A DNA stretch of 64,000 nucleotides from Candidatus Wolframiiraptor gerlachensis (GTDB lineage: Archaea; Thermoproteota; Nitrososphaeria_A; Caldarchaeales; Wolframiiraptoraceae). Below, one piece after another: positions 9,610 to 18,468 of this stretch (its first letter is position 1; the number at the start of each line of letters is the position of its first letter). Where the stretch lies: positions 1 through 64,000 of the forward strand of contig JAJPCT020000018.1 in assembly GCA_021323375.2 (NCBI GenBank). The letters run 5' to 3'. The notes under the pieces were generated by a model. It was not told the origin of the DNA, ran no database searches, and was given only the letters and a program-made list of their open reading frames with translations. A program made the translations under genes and the position numbers.

Positions 9610-10182
9610 ATGGTATTAATCGAGATAAGATGGCATGGACGAGGAGGACAGGGCGTTGTTACCGGCAGCAACCTGCTGGCCAGGGCCTCCATCATCGAGG
9701 GAAATTATGCGCAGCACTTCCCAGAATTCGGACCTGAAAGGGCTGGCGCGCCCGTTAGATCATATACGAGGATCTCGGATGAGCCGATAGATATCCACTG
9801 CGGGATTTATGAGCCCGACATCGTCGTCATAATCGATCCCGTGATGTCTAAGACTCCCGAGGACTATGCTTATGGGCTAAAGAAGGGCGGTGACTTGGTG
9901 TTAAACCTGTCTCCGGACAATAGTGAGAAGGTAGCGAAATGGGCTAGGGAGAATGGCTACAGGCTCCACGTCGTTGATGCCAGGAAGATCTCGCTCGAGG
10001 AGACAGGCGGCCGGGAGATCTATAACGTACCGATGCTCTCAGCTCTCCTGAGAGTAAAGAAGCTGGCATCTCTCGAGACCCTAGAAAAGGTCCTGGCCGA
10101 GAGGTTCTCGGGAAAAGTTCTTGAGATGAATCTTAAGCTGAGTAGGAGGTGTTATGAGGAGGTGAAGACAATTGTCGGCTAA
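9610..10182 (+). CDS. porG: Pyruvate/2-oxoacid:ferredoxin oxidoreductase gamma subunit
   Basis: EIRWHGRGGQG, FPEFGPERAGAPV. Confidence 0.92.
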   Translation: MVLIEIRWHGRGGQGVVTGSNLLARASIIEGNYAQHFPEFGPERAGAPVRSYTRISDEPIDIHCGIYEPDIVVIIDPVMSKTPEDYAYGLKKGGDLVLNLSPDNSEKVAKWARENGYRLHVVDARKISLEETGGREIYNVPMLSALLRVKKLASLETLEKVLAERFSGKVLEMNLKLSRRCYEEVKTIVG

Positions 10183-10480
10183 GAAGATCGTCGAGCCGGT
10201 TATCAAGGGCCAATTCACATACAAGGATCTTCCAATCGCCGCCATGATACCTGTCCCCGCAACATCCCTCGAATACAAGACTGGTGTTTGGAGGACTAGG
10301 CAGCCCAAGATAGATTATGGGAAGTGTATAAAGTGCCTCCTCTGCTGGGTCTTCTGCCCAGATGCTGCGATCAAGAGGCTCGAGGACGACTCGGTCAACG
10401 TTGACTATGAGTATTGTAAGGGGTGTGGGGTCTGTGAGACCGTTTGCCCTGTTAAGGCGATAAGCATGGAGGAGGTGTGA
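10172..10480 (+). CDS. porD: POR delta subunit (2x4Fe-4S)
   Basis: KTGVWR, CIKCLLCWVFCPD, YCKGCGVCETVCP. Confidence 0.93.
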   Translation: MSAKKIVEPVIKGQFTYKDLPIAAMIPVPATSLEYKTGVWRTRQPKIDYGKCIKCLLCWVFCPDAAIKRLEDDSVNVDYEYCKGCGVCETVCPVKAISMEEV

Positions 10481-11676
10481 TGAATATGGCGAGGCAGGCT
10501 CAGGAAAGGATAGCGATAATGGGTGATGAAGCAATCGCGCTCGCGGTCAAGCAGTCAAATGTTGATGTGATAGCCGCATATCCCATAACACCACAGACGA
10601 TAATAGTTGAGAGGCTGAGCGAGTACGTGGCTAATGGGGAACTTGACGCCGCCTTCATTCAGGCTGAGAGCGAGCACTCCGCCCTCTCGATATGTGTTGG
10701 GGCGAGCCTCGCCGGCGCGAGGGTCTTCACCTCGACCGCGAGCCAGGGCCTAGCCCTCATGCATGAGATCGTTTATGCCACTTCCTCGATGAGGGTCCCG
10801 ATGGTGATGGCGATAGCGAATAGGTCGCTTAACGCGCCGCTAAACATACATTGCGAGCATGGCGATGTGATGCCTGAGAGAGATTCTGGATGGGTCCACC
10901 TCTTCGCAACCAACGTCCAGGAGGCATATGACCTGACATTCATTGCATTCAAGCTCTCAGAGCATCCGGATGTCCAGCTCCCGGTATCCGTTAACCTCGA
11001 TGCATTCATCCTAACACACAGCGTCGAGCCGCTTACACCAATCTCCGATGAGGATGCCTCTAAGTTCCTGCCACCCAGGCAGCCATTATACTCAATAGAC
11101 TTCGATAGCCCGGCGACCTTCGGAACCATGGCGCTGCCCGACACATACATGGAGTTCAAGTATCAGCTCAAGGAGGCGGCTGAGAAGGCTGGCCAAGTTT
11201 ACCCGGAGGTGGCCGGGGAATATGCGAGGATAAGTGGGAGAAGGTACTGGTACTTCAACTCGTATATGGCTGATGATGCGGATGCCGTTGTCCTTGTTCT
11301 AGGCTCGACATATGGCACGCTAAAGGTTGCAGCTAGGAGGCTTAGGGAGGGTGGGCTTAAGGTTGGCGTCGTCGGGCTGACCATGTTTAGGCCGTTCCCC
11401 GAGAAGCAGCTGGTCGAGCTATTAAAGAACGCGAAGTCCCTCATAGTTATGGACAGGGCCTATTCCTATGGCGGCCTTGGAGGCCCACTCTACATGGAGG
11501 TTCTTGCGATGCTCTACAGGAATGGCCTGAGGATCCCGGTGATGAACGTGGTTTATGGGCTTGGTGGAAGGGACTTTAGGCTGGATGAGGCCGAGGCCGT
11601 GTTGAAGATAGCGTTAGATGGAGCCCGTAGGGGCAGGTTTGACGAGCATGTGAGGTGGTGGGGGGTGAGGGCATGA
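10477..11676 (+). CDS. porA: POR alpha subunit
   Basis: AAYPITPQT, ESEHSA, TASQGLALMHE. Confidence 0.94.
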   Translation: MMNMARQAQERIAIMGDEAIALAVKQSNVDVIAAYPITPQTIIVERLSEYVANGELDAAFIQAESEHSALSICVGASLAGARVFTSTASQGLALMHEIVYATSSMRVPMVMAIANRSLNAPLNIHCEHGDVMPERDSGWVHLFATNVQEAYDLTFIAFKLSEHPDVQLPVSVNLDAFILTHSVEPLTPISDEDASKFLPPRQPLYSIDFDSPATFGTMALPDTYMEFKYQLKEAAEKAGQVYPEVAGEYARISGRRYWYFNSYMADDADAVVLVLGSTYGTLKVAARRLREGGLKVGVVGLTMFRPFPEKQLVELLKNAKSLIVMDRAYSYGGLGGPLYMEVLAMLYRNGLRIPVMNVVYGLGGRDFRLDEAEAVLKIALDGARRGRFDEHVRWWGVRA

Positions 11677-12620
11677 GCAGCCAGACAATCTTCTACAAGA
11701 CACCAAAGGATCTTCCGAGGGAGGAGTGGTTCGCATCGGGTCATAGGCTCTGTGCTGGATGCGGTGCCGGTATAGCTGCTAGGCTCATCTTCAAGGCCAT
11801 TAGAGGCCCAACAGTCGTCGTGAATCCAACCGGATGCGTTGAGGTCTCCACATCCTGCTATCCATACACGGCCTGGAAGATACCATATGTTCATGTTGCC
11901 TTCGAGAATGCTGCGGCCGTTGCATCGGGCGTAGTCGAGGCCATAAAGATACTGAATAAGAAGAGGGGGAGGAAGCTTCATGACGTCATAGTCTTCGCCG
12001 GCGATGGAGGGACGTTCGATATAGGTCTTCAAGCCCTCTCGGGAGCGCTTGAGAGAGGCCATAACCTGCTCTACATATGCTATGATAATGAGGCATACAT
12101 GAATACGGGGATCCAGAGGTCAGGCGCGACGCCGATTGGAGCCGCCACCACGACGAGCCCGGCGGGCAAGGTCATACCCGGGAAGCAAGAGAGGAAGAAG
12201 GACTTGATCGCGATAGCGGTTGCGCACAAGATCCCATACGCGGCGACGGCGAGCATCTCCCACCCGCTAGACCTCGTGAACAAGGTTAGGAAGGCATTGG
12301 AGATAGAGGGGCCGAAGGTTCTCCATGTCCTCGCGCCATGCGTCCCGGGATGGAGGTATCCGCCATCAGAGACTGTCAGGATCGCGAGGCTGGCCGTCGA
12401 GACCAGATACTTCCCAGTATACGAGGTGGAGTATGGAAGGGTGAAGATAAACATCAGGGTGAAGGAGCCGAAGCCGCTCGAGGAGTTCCTGAAGGCGCAG
12501 GGGAGATTCAGCCACCTATTCAGGCCCGAGAATGCCCACGTCCTAGAGGCGCTGAAGAAGGCTGTTGAGGAGAACTGGGAGAGGCTGGTAAAGCTCGAGG
12601 AATCCGGAATAGCCCTCTAG
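11673..12620 (+). CDS. porB: POR beta subunit (TPP-binding)
   Basis: GHRLCAGCG, GDGGTFDIG, YDNEAYMNTG. Confidence 0.94.
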   Translation: MSSQTIFYKTPKDLPREEWFASGHRLCAGCGAGIAARLIFKAIRGPTVVVNPTGCVEVSTSCYPYTAWKIPYVHVAFENAAAVASGVVEAIKILNKKRGRKLHDVIVFAGDGGTFDIGLQALSGALERGHNLLYICYDNEAYMNTGIQRSGATPIGAATTTSPAGKVIPGKQERKKDLIAIAVAHKIPYAATASISHPLDLVNKVRKALEIEGPKVLHVLAPCVPGWRYPPSETVRIARLAVETRYFPVYEVEYGRVKINIRVKEPKPLEEFLKAQGRFSHLFRPENAHVLEALKKAVEENWERLVKLEESGIAL

Positions 12621-12664
12621 CGCATAATTTTTCTCAAACCCCTCAATAATATTTTCCGGGAATC

Positions 12665-13354
12665 TTGACCAAGCCCCTGATAGTGGTCTGGGAGGGTCTC
12701 GACGCTGCTGGCAAGACAACCCTCATAACCAAGGTTAGATCAATGTTGGAGTCTAGGGGGTATAGGGTCTCGGCGCATAAGACCCCGAGCAGCTCAAAGA
12801 CCGGCGAGTTCGCCAAGACATATGGAAATGACCCGGAGATAGATCACTTAACCCGGATGCTCCTATTCCTCGCGAACACGAGCGATGACTCGAGGATTCT
12901 CAGGCGCATAATCGCCGAGCAATCCCCAGACTTCCTCTTCATAGACCGATACTACCTCTGTTCGATAGTATATGGCTTCGCCCTCTCGAGGCTGAGGGGC
13001 GCCAAGATCTCCGAGCAGGACTTCAAGGAATTCCTAGAGATAGTCGAGAAGCTCGGTGAGAATGTTTTCGTTAAGCCGGACATATACCTGATCATAGACG
13101 CGCCGGAGGAGGATCGCGCCAAGAGGCTTGGGGTGAAGGAGGGGCAGGGAGGGCTCGAGAACATGCTTGAACGGGACTCGCTAATGCAGCAATATGTCCG
13201 GGAGTTCTATAAGGTCTTCGGGGAGATGAGGCCGGGACAGGTCTCCTGGATAATGAACCCCCAGGGCATGGCTGACGAGGTCGCTGACAAGATAGTGAGG
13301 CTGCTCCTCGAGAGGCTTGATGGCTCACATGGATCATACTTACGGAGAGTTTAA
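12665..13354 (+). CDS. tmk: Thymidylate kinase-family protein
   Basis: EGLDAAGKTT P-loop, IDRY motif. Confidence 0.75.
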   Translation: MTKPLIVVWEGLDAAGKTTLITKVRSMLESRGYRVSAHKTPSSSKTGEFAKTYGNDPEIDHLTRMLLFLANTSDDSRILRRIIAEQSPDFLFIDRYYLCSIVYGFALSRLRGAKISEQDFKEFLEIVEKLGENVFVKPDIYLIIDAPEEDRAKRLGVKEGQGGLENMLERDSLMQQYVREFYKVFGEMRPGQVSWIMNPQGMADEVADKIVRLLLERLDGSHGSYLRRV

Positions 13355-13499
13355 GTCAGTAACCTCCAGAAGCCGGAGTAGTGGGCATGAGAACCTGACA
13401 GTAAGCTTTAAGAGAAAAAAATGGGGGTAATGGGAGGTGGGGCTGACCGGCGAGTTATCATAGCTGAAGCCAGGATCGAATAAAACGTGTGCCCATAGC

Positions 13500-13585
13500 G
13501 CAAGATTAGTGTTCTGGGCCTTTTTAGCCCTTCCCTCCTCGCCTCATTGGAGGGCTTTCGGGGGGAACACGAACTCCCCACATCT
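13500..13585 (-). ncRNA. Putative TnpB omega/sot-RNA scaffold and right end
   Basis: Minus strand from the tnpB stop reads GATGTGGGGAGTTCGTGTTCCCCCCGAAAGCCCTCCAATGAGGCGAGGAGGGAAGG: GGGGA/TCCCC and CCCTCC/GGAGGG stems, then a GGGCT-A5-GGCCC hairpin; resembles 3' motif of archaeal tnpB elements; ends approximate. Confidence 0.6.
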
Positions 13586-14760
13586 ATCTGGTCGCTGGAC
13601 ATAAAAGAGAATTTTTAGAGGTCTTTGTATTCATGTATTCCTCATAATAGCGTTTCGTCAGGTTTTTCACAGCTATCACGTCCCTGTCCCCCTCCAATCC
13701 ACATCTCCGGCATCTCATCAGCCTACGTCCATTCGGACTTGGATCCAGCTCGCTTCCACATACCGGACACGTTTTTGAAGTATGCGCTGGATCGACATAC
13801 TTCACGTTAAGTCCATGAAGCTTCGCCTGATACTCAAGGATCCACTGGAACCTCCTGCAGCTCCATCTATGCAACCTCCCGTTAAGCTCCCTTGAACCTT
13901 TATCCTCCTTATAGACATCAAGATTCTCCATCACAATTACCGTTGCACCAACCTCCCTAGCCTTGTCGATAATCTCCCTCGCCGCCCTGTAATAGGTCTC
14001 CCTGATTCTTTGCCACTCCCGCCCCTCATACTTCTCAAGCAACTTTCTCTGTAACTGTTTACCGCGAACCTTCAACTGTATTCTTCTACGTTTAAGGAAA
14101 TATCTAGTCCTTATAATCCCCTCATTGGTCACGATTATCTCAACAAAATCATCATTGCCATACGCGATAACATTCTCATTAATATCGACCGCAATGACCC
14201 TTTCCTCAGCATTCAGTTCCGGTAACATAACCGTCTGATGGAAGGCGGCATTCAGGTAAAGGCCATCCTCCCTCAACACTAGCCGCGCCTCACCCCAGCT
14301 TCATCCCCTTAAACCTCTCATGATATTTTCCATGAAGTAGCCTCAATGTGATCCATCTCCCGCCTTGAGCCGCTATCAAGGCCCTCCAGCTATCAGCATC
14401 AAACTTGAATAACTGTCTGTCAAGCCATATTGTCCGCCCCTTGAATGTCGGCTTCTCCTTCTCACACATCCCCAGTCTCTTCAATTCTATGAAGGACTTG
14501 CATATGCTGGCGGCATACCGGCAGGCGGTAAAAATATAATGCGATGGTAACATCGGAAATCTCTGCCGTAGCTCGCGATATTTTGCGTGATACAGCTCCA
14601 CGAAACTCATAATATGCTTACTTGCCGCAAACTCTATGAGCTCATTCACGATCCTCCTATACTCTTTGAAGAGGCGATATATCTCCGAGATCACGGCCTC
14701 TTCGACATCCGTGAGATCCACCTTGAACCTTGCTGTAAGCTTAACAATTTCCACAAGCAT
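13584..14760 (-). pseudogene. tnpB: TnpB RNA-guided nuclease (IS200/IS605, IS1341-type) with one frameshift
   Basis: RuvC VIAVDIN / IVMENL / DRDVIAVKNL, Zn ribbon TSKTCPVCG..CRRCG; removing one G from the GGGG run at 14293-96 joins both ORFs (KLG-EARLVLRED). Confidence 0.88.
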
Positions 14761-14778
14761 CCTCACTCCATCTCCGGA

Positions 14779-15159
14779 TCAGCTCCCAATGATGTCGAGA
14801 ACATCCTGCTCTTCCCACCAGCTGATTGCCTGCTCCAACAGCTCATATATCTCATGCCTCAGCCTCTCCATCAATGGTGATCCGAGCCACCTAGCGTAGA
14901 ACCGGCAGAACTCGAAGACATCACTCCTAATCTTTCCGCAGTCCATAAGCTTGACTTTGAAACTCGTTTTCGACGCTGGGAGGTCGAAGAAGGCATCAAC
15001 ACAATCAATCATATGCTTAAAGTCCTGGAAGGCACCTGGGTCAAGCTCGTCGGCGAACGCGGCGCCATACCGATCCTCAACGTCTCTCAGCAACCTTCTC
15101 AACTCCGCCTCTCCCTGATAGAAGGCCGCTGGAGAAATAGATCCCTTCTCGGCCATCAT
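14779..15159 (-). CDS. Hypothetical protein (acidic, helical)
   Basis: Open frame, ATGATG start overlapping upstream TGA, GGGGTGA SD, ends about 20 nt before tnpB. Confidence 0.65.
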   Translation of the reverse strand: MMAEKGSISPAAFYQGEAELRRLLRDVEDRYGAAFADELDPGAFQDFKHMIDCVDAFFDLPASKTSFKVKLMDCGKIRSDVFEFCRFYARWLGSPLMERLRHEIYELLEQAISWWEEQDVLDIIGS

Positions 15160-15299
15160 ATCACCCCGGCCAGCGCCAGCAGCTGTAGCAGCAATAGCAT
15201 GGGGATCCACCACAGAATCCAGGATCTATCGGCCTCGGCAACCACATACCCACCCCCCAAGGCGCCGCCTCTCTTTCCAACACATAGATCACCATCCAT
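15156..15299 (-). CDS. Small 47-aa protein with C-terminal hydrophobic helix
   Basis: MDGDLCVGKRGG..WILWWIPMLLLLQLLALAGVI; GGGGTGA SD 4 nt upstream; stop overlaps next start; below ORF-track cutoff. Confidence 0.55.
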   Translation of the reverse strand: MDGDLCVGKRGGALGGGYVVAEADRSWILWWIPMLLLLQLLALAGVI

Positions 15300-15339
15300 G
15301 GTTTCACCCCCTTATGGGGTTAAAGGGTTCTTGGCCTCA

Positions 15340-15513
15340 TTATCTCGGCCTGCTCCTGAGGATCGTCCCGCAGAATGAGCATCTCCTAAACTCGTTTAGC
15401 GGGTAGGCTGAGGCGCAGACGCTACAATACCCCTACCCCTGCCTGCAGAGCGGGATCAGCCCCATAGCCCTAAGCCTCTCAAGATCGAATATGTCTAGGT
15501 TTGTTTGGCCCAT
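15340..15513 (-). pseudogene. Small Zn-ribbon protein interrupted by in-frame TAG
   Basis: MGQTNLDIFDLERLRAMGLIPLCRQG*GYCSVCASAYPLNEFRRCSFCGTILRSRPR; TAG at 15433-35; CxxC..CxxC-LRSRPR. Confidence 0.6.
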
Positions 15514-15632
15514 GAGCTGTAGCCACTGCGCGCCGGGCCCGCCCTCCGGGGTCTGGGCGGGCCCCTGTGGGGGGGTTCACTGAGGCTGCCGGACCATACC
15601 CCAAACCCCCCTTTTTCTTGAGGTGTGGTCGG

Positions 15633-16019
15633 ATGGAGTGGGTTGAGTATCTTGTTAGGTTGAGGTTTCACGTGAATGGCTTTTATCCGGAGAAGCTAAC
15701 CAAGGAATATGTTGAGAGGGAGATCAGGAGGAAGCTCTCTATCCCGGAGCTTGAGGAGGAGGGGCTGATGGAGGTAATTGTCTCGGAGGTGGGGGTTGAT
15801 GGGTTATTGAATATTCCGGTTAAGCAGGGGGAGCTTTGGGTTGAGGAGCTTAAAGATGGGAGATTCGCCCTTAACCTAGATGACCCGGATGAGCCTAAGA
15901 TCATGTGTGCCGAGGTTCAATTAGTGCATGAGGGTTTAGAAGAGGAGACGATCAAGGTCAGGGATGTGAAGCATGTCATTCTAGGGATATTCCGGATATG
16001 GGTAGTAGGGCGAGGCTAA
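15633..16019 (+). CDS. Hypothetical acidic protein
   Basis: Open frame with GAGGTG SD and protein-like composition. Confidence 0.6.
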   Translation: MEWVEYLVRLRFHVNGFYPEKLTKEYVEREIRRKLSIPELEEEGLMEVIVSEVGVDGLLNIPVKQGELWVEELKDGRFALNLDDPDEPKIMCAEVQLVHEGLEEETIKVRDVKHVILGIFRIWVVGRG

Positions 16020-16068
16020 TAAGCGATAAGGAAGGGGGTTAGGGAGGTTGAGGAGGCTTTTAATACGA

Positions 16069-16287
16069 ATGATTAGATTCTCGGAGATAGCGAGCTATCC
16101 GGCCTTGAGACTTGATCCAAGCCACTAGATCCCAAGACACAGGGTATGGGAGTGCGGGGAGGCGGATAAATCAAGGAGGAGAGCATTACTGGAGGCATAG
16201 CTGGATGGTGAGGTAAGCTCCTCCGAAGAACTATTAGAAATGATTAGGATCGAGCTTGAGAGGGGAGGAGAGCAGAATTCTCCATAG
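16069..16287 (+). pseudogene. Small ORF with two in-frame TAG codons
   Basis: MIRFSEIASYPALRLDPSH*IPRHRVWECGEADKSRRRALLEA*LDGEVSSSEELLEMIRIELERGGEQNSP; TAG at 16126 and 16198; GAGGAGG upstream. Confidence 0.5.
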
Positions 16288-16309
16288 GCTCGATTATAGG
16301 GGTTTGGAG

Positions 16310-16657
16310 ATGGAACGGAGACACGTATGCGTGTGCGGCAGGCTGGCCGAGAAGCCCCTCCCAAAAGATATAGACGGCCTGTTTGTTAAGGGTAAGGCGT
16401 ATGAGATTGTCTGTGAGGAGTGTTTTAGGCGGATAAAGAGGCTTAGGAGCAGATTCAAGCCGAGCTTTGGGGGATGTGTGTCAGTTACGATTGTCTATGA
16501 TCCCGGGCCTAGGATCTTCATTATTAGTGCTTTCAATGAATACGGGGATTCGGCATACTTGAGCGAGGATATGAGGAAGACTAGGAGTCTTGTTAGGAGT
16601 CTCTGGACTGGTGAGACCGTGATCCTAGAAGGGGATAAAGTGGTAGGAGTAGTCTGA
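16310..16657 (+). CDS. Hypothetical Zn-finger protein
   Basis: CVCG..VCEEC motif pair. Confidence 0.65.
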   Translation: MERRHVCVCGRLAEKPLPKDIDGLFVKGKAYEIVCEECFRRIKRLRSRFKPSFGGCVSVTIVYDPGPRIFIISAFNEYGDSAYLSEDMRKTRSLVRSLWTGETVILEGDKVVGVV

Positions 16658-16958
16658 TACTAGACTATGTTAGGGCTATCGTGTTAGATGTTCTGCCGGG
16701 AAAGCAGGAGGGATGAGGAGGATGGGGGCTAGGATGATCGTTTAACGCCTATTGATAGAGACCCGAGGGCTCAGGAATTGACTTTGAGATCCTTGATAAT
16801 TACAATATGTTGATTAGGAGGGGTAAGATTAAGGAGGTCTTACATATTGAAAAGTATGGGGCAATCTGTAATCTATGTGGAAGGCTTATAGCTTTAACAA
16901 AGAAGGTGAGAATTTAATCCTAATGGGGGGAAGTTGGAATAAAATTGATGGAGGGGTT

Positions 16959-17243
16959 TCAGGACTCGCGCCTCAGCAGTATCTCGATGGTGCTAACGCT
17001 TACAGGCTGATTGTTTGGGCCCATGAGCTCCTGCGTGCCAAGCTTTATGTCGGCGACCTTCAAGTCCTTATAGAACCTCCTCTGGAGGATCTGGACGACG
17101 TCGACAGCCCTGCTGATGGCCCTGCCCCTAGCCTTGATCATCAGCTGCTTAGCCCCTCCTTGGAGAGTCGTTAGACAGGCGAAGACATAGTTCATCAGCG
17201 GCTTCTTACCAACCAATACTGTTGGAATCTCGCTCTGAGACAT
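16959..17243 (-). CDS. albA: DNA/RNA-binding protein Alba
   Basis: VGKKPLMNYV, KARGRAISRAVDV, VSTIEI. Confidence 0.97.
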   Translation of the reverse strand: MSQSEIPTVLVGKKPLMNYVFACLTTLQGGAKQLMIKARGRAISRAVDVVQILQRRFYKDLKVADIKLGTQELMGPNNQPVSVSTIEILLRRES

Positions 17244-17391
17244 TCTTCTACCCCCGTGGGCTACACTTCAATTGACATTGGCTTCCACATAAATTTATTT
17301 TCCGGTGCGATGTCAAGCCGCGGCCCCAAGCCATATTAGGCGATAATCGAGGATAATGGCTAAATTATTCCATTTCCGGGGACACTCCAGT

Positions 17392-17553
17392 ATGCCGATA
17401 AGGGATATCACGCTCCTTCAGCTGGCTCAGAGGCGCAGGCTCTACTATAAGATCTGCATGAAATGCGGGGCTAGAAACGCGCCCACAGCGGAGAAATGTA
17501 GAAGATGCAGGAGCTATGATCTAAGGTGGAAGCGAAGGGAGATAAAGAGGTAA
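17392..17553 (+). CDS. rpl40e: 50S ribosomal protein L40e
   Basis: KICMKCGARNAPTAEKCRRC..LRWK. Confidence 0.95.
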   Translation: MPIRDITLLQLAQRRRLYYKICMKCGARNAPTAEKCRRCRSYDLRWKRREIKR

Positions 17554-17604
17554 GATCGCCGAAACAAATTTATCTAAAGCTTTGAATAATGTTAGGATGA
17601 CGCT

Positions 17605-17677
17605 GGGCCGGTAGTCTAGAGGCTATGACGCCGCCCTGACGCGGCGGAGGTCGTGGGTTCGAATCCCACCCGGCCCA
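17605..17677 (+). tRNA. tRNA-Val(GAC)
   Basis: GGGCCGG/CCGGCCC acceptor, CCGCC-CTGACGC-GGCGG anticodon arm, TTCGAAT T-loop. Confidence 0.96.
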
Positions 17678-18419
17678 CATCTTCTCCGAACCCGATATGT
17701 TTGAGAATTTCCCCCGCTTGAAGGCTGCCGGACTCTAGGAGCTCTGAGACCCGGCTCCATGGAAGCGGCTTAATGATTACACCGCCGGGAATCCTTTGCC
17801 GCAACCTATTCATGAACTTATCAAGCCTTGTTCCAAGCCGCAGGTATAACATGTGCGCTAAGAGGGTTAAGTGATCGTGATATGCTATCTGGTCTCCGAA
17901 AAAGTCTATGAGCTTATCAACCTCACCTATGGCCGCGTTTAGGATCATTATCCGATCAAGCCCCCTCATCACCTGCTCGGCGAGAAGCTCGAGCTGTATG
18001 AGGGATGGCATGTCGGCTGACAGGCTCACGGGCGCGCCCTCAATGACCCCAACGCTCTCCAGAAACTCTAGGGGCTTATCGCCACCATATCCCAAGCCCG
18101 CCGCGAAGGAGCTGGCGGATAGAATCCTCTTCACCGTGACTCCATTAGGGCTTGGATACTCCACGACTACCTTTGACCCCGAGATATCCTCGACGCGGGC
18201 GGCATAGGGGGGCTTCCCCGATGAGATAGGATTGATTCTAGCATGAAGCCTGATCATAGTCTCGACAAGCTCCTCATCCGGCTCTATGACGATCCATCCA
18301 TCGACCCCCTCCTTCACCTCGACGCGGAGCCCTGAGGCCTCCTCGAGAAGCCCATTAAGCCACTCCTCGATAGCCCTTACCAGCTCCCCCCTCCCCACAA
18401 CCCTCTCAGCGAGGATCAT
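17616..18419 (-). CDS. Hypothetical protein, possibly DUF2110-like
   Basis: Long ORF adjacent to tfe/trm56, where DUF2110 genes often lie; 3' end runs antisense over tRNA-Val. Confidence 0.55.
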   Translation of the reverse strand: MILAERVVGRGELVRAIEEWLNGLLEEASGLRVEVKEGVDGWIVIEPDEELVETMIRLHARINPISSGKPPYAARVEDISGSKVVVEYPSPNGVTVKRILSASSFAAGLGYGGDKPLEFLESVGVIEGAPVSLSADMPSLIQLELLAEQVMRGLDRIMILNAAIGEVDKLIDFFGDQIAYHDHLTLLAHMLYLRLGTRLDKFMNRLRQRIPGGVIIKPLPWSRVSELLESGSLQAGEILKHIGFGEDVGRVGFEPTTSAASGRRHSL

Positions 18420-18468
18420 GCTCGCAGAGGAAGTTTTTTAGGCAACACTATAAGCTCTATCCCATAGA

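Larger units (their letters stand above)
13355..16950. mobile_element. Decaying MGE/virus-like island between tmk and alba
   Basis: Broken tnpB, small orphan and Zn-finger ORFs, several interrupted frames; no integrase or att repeats seen; boundaries approximate. Confidence 0.6.

Noticed and set aside
13420-13450. Similarity of TAATGGGAGGTGGGGCTGAC to 58412-58441
   Set aside because: Low-complexity G-rich tracts consistent with pyrimidine-rich minus-strand terminators; too short to call a repeat family
16654-16917. Further small ORFs at the right end of the island (e.g. MLIRRGKIKE..CNLCG)
   Set aside because: Fragmented across frames with mixed stop codons; treated as decayed island sequence
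17616-17677. ORF overlapping tRNA-Val antisense as a sign of an integrase att site
   Set aside because: The protein has no tyrosine-recombinase motifs; the second tRNA-Val copy is a full-length isoacceptor flanking core genes, not an att fragment
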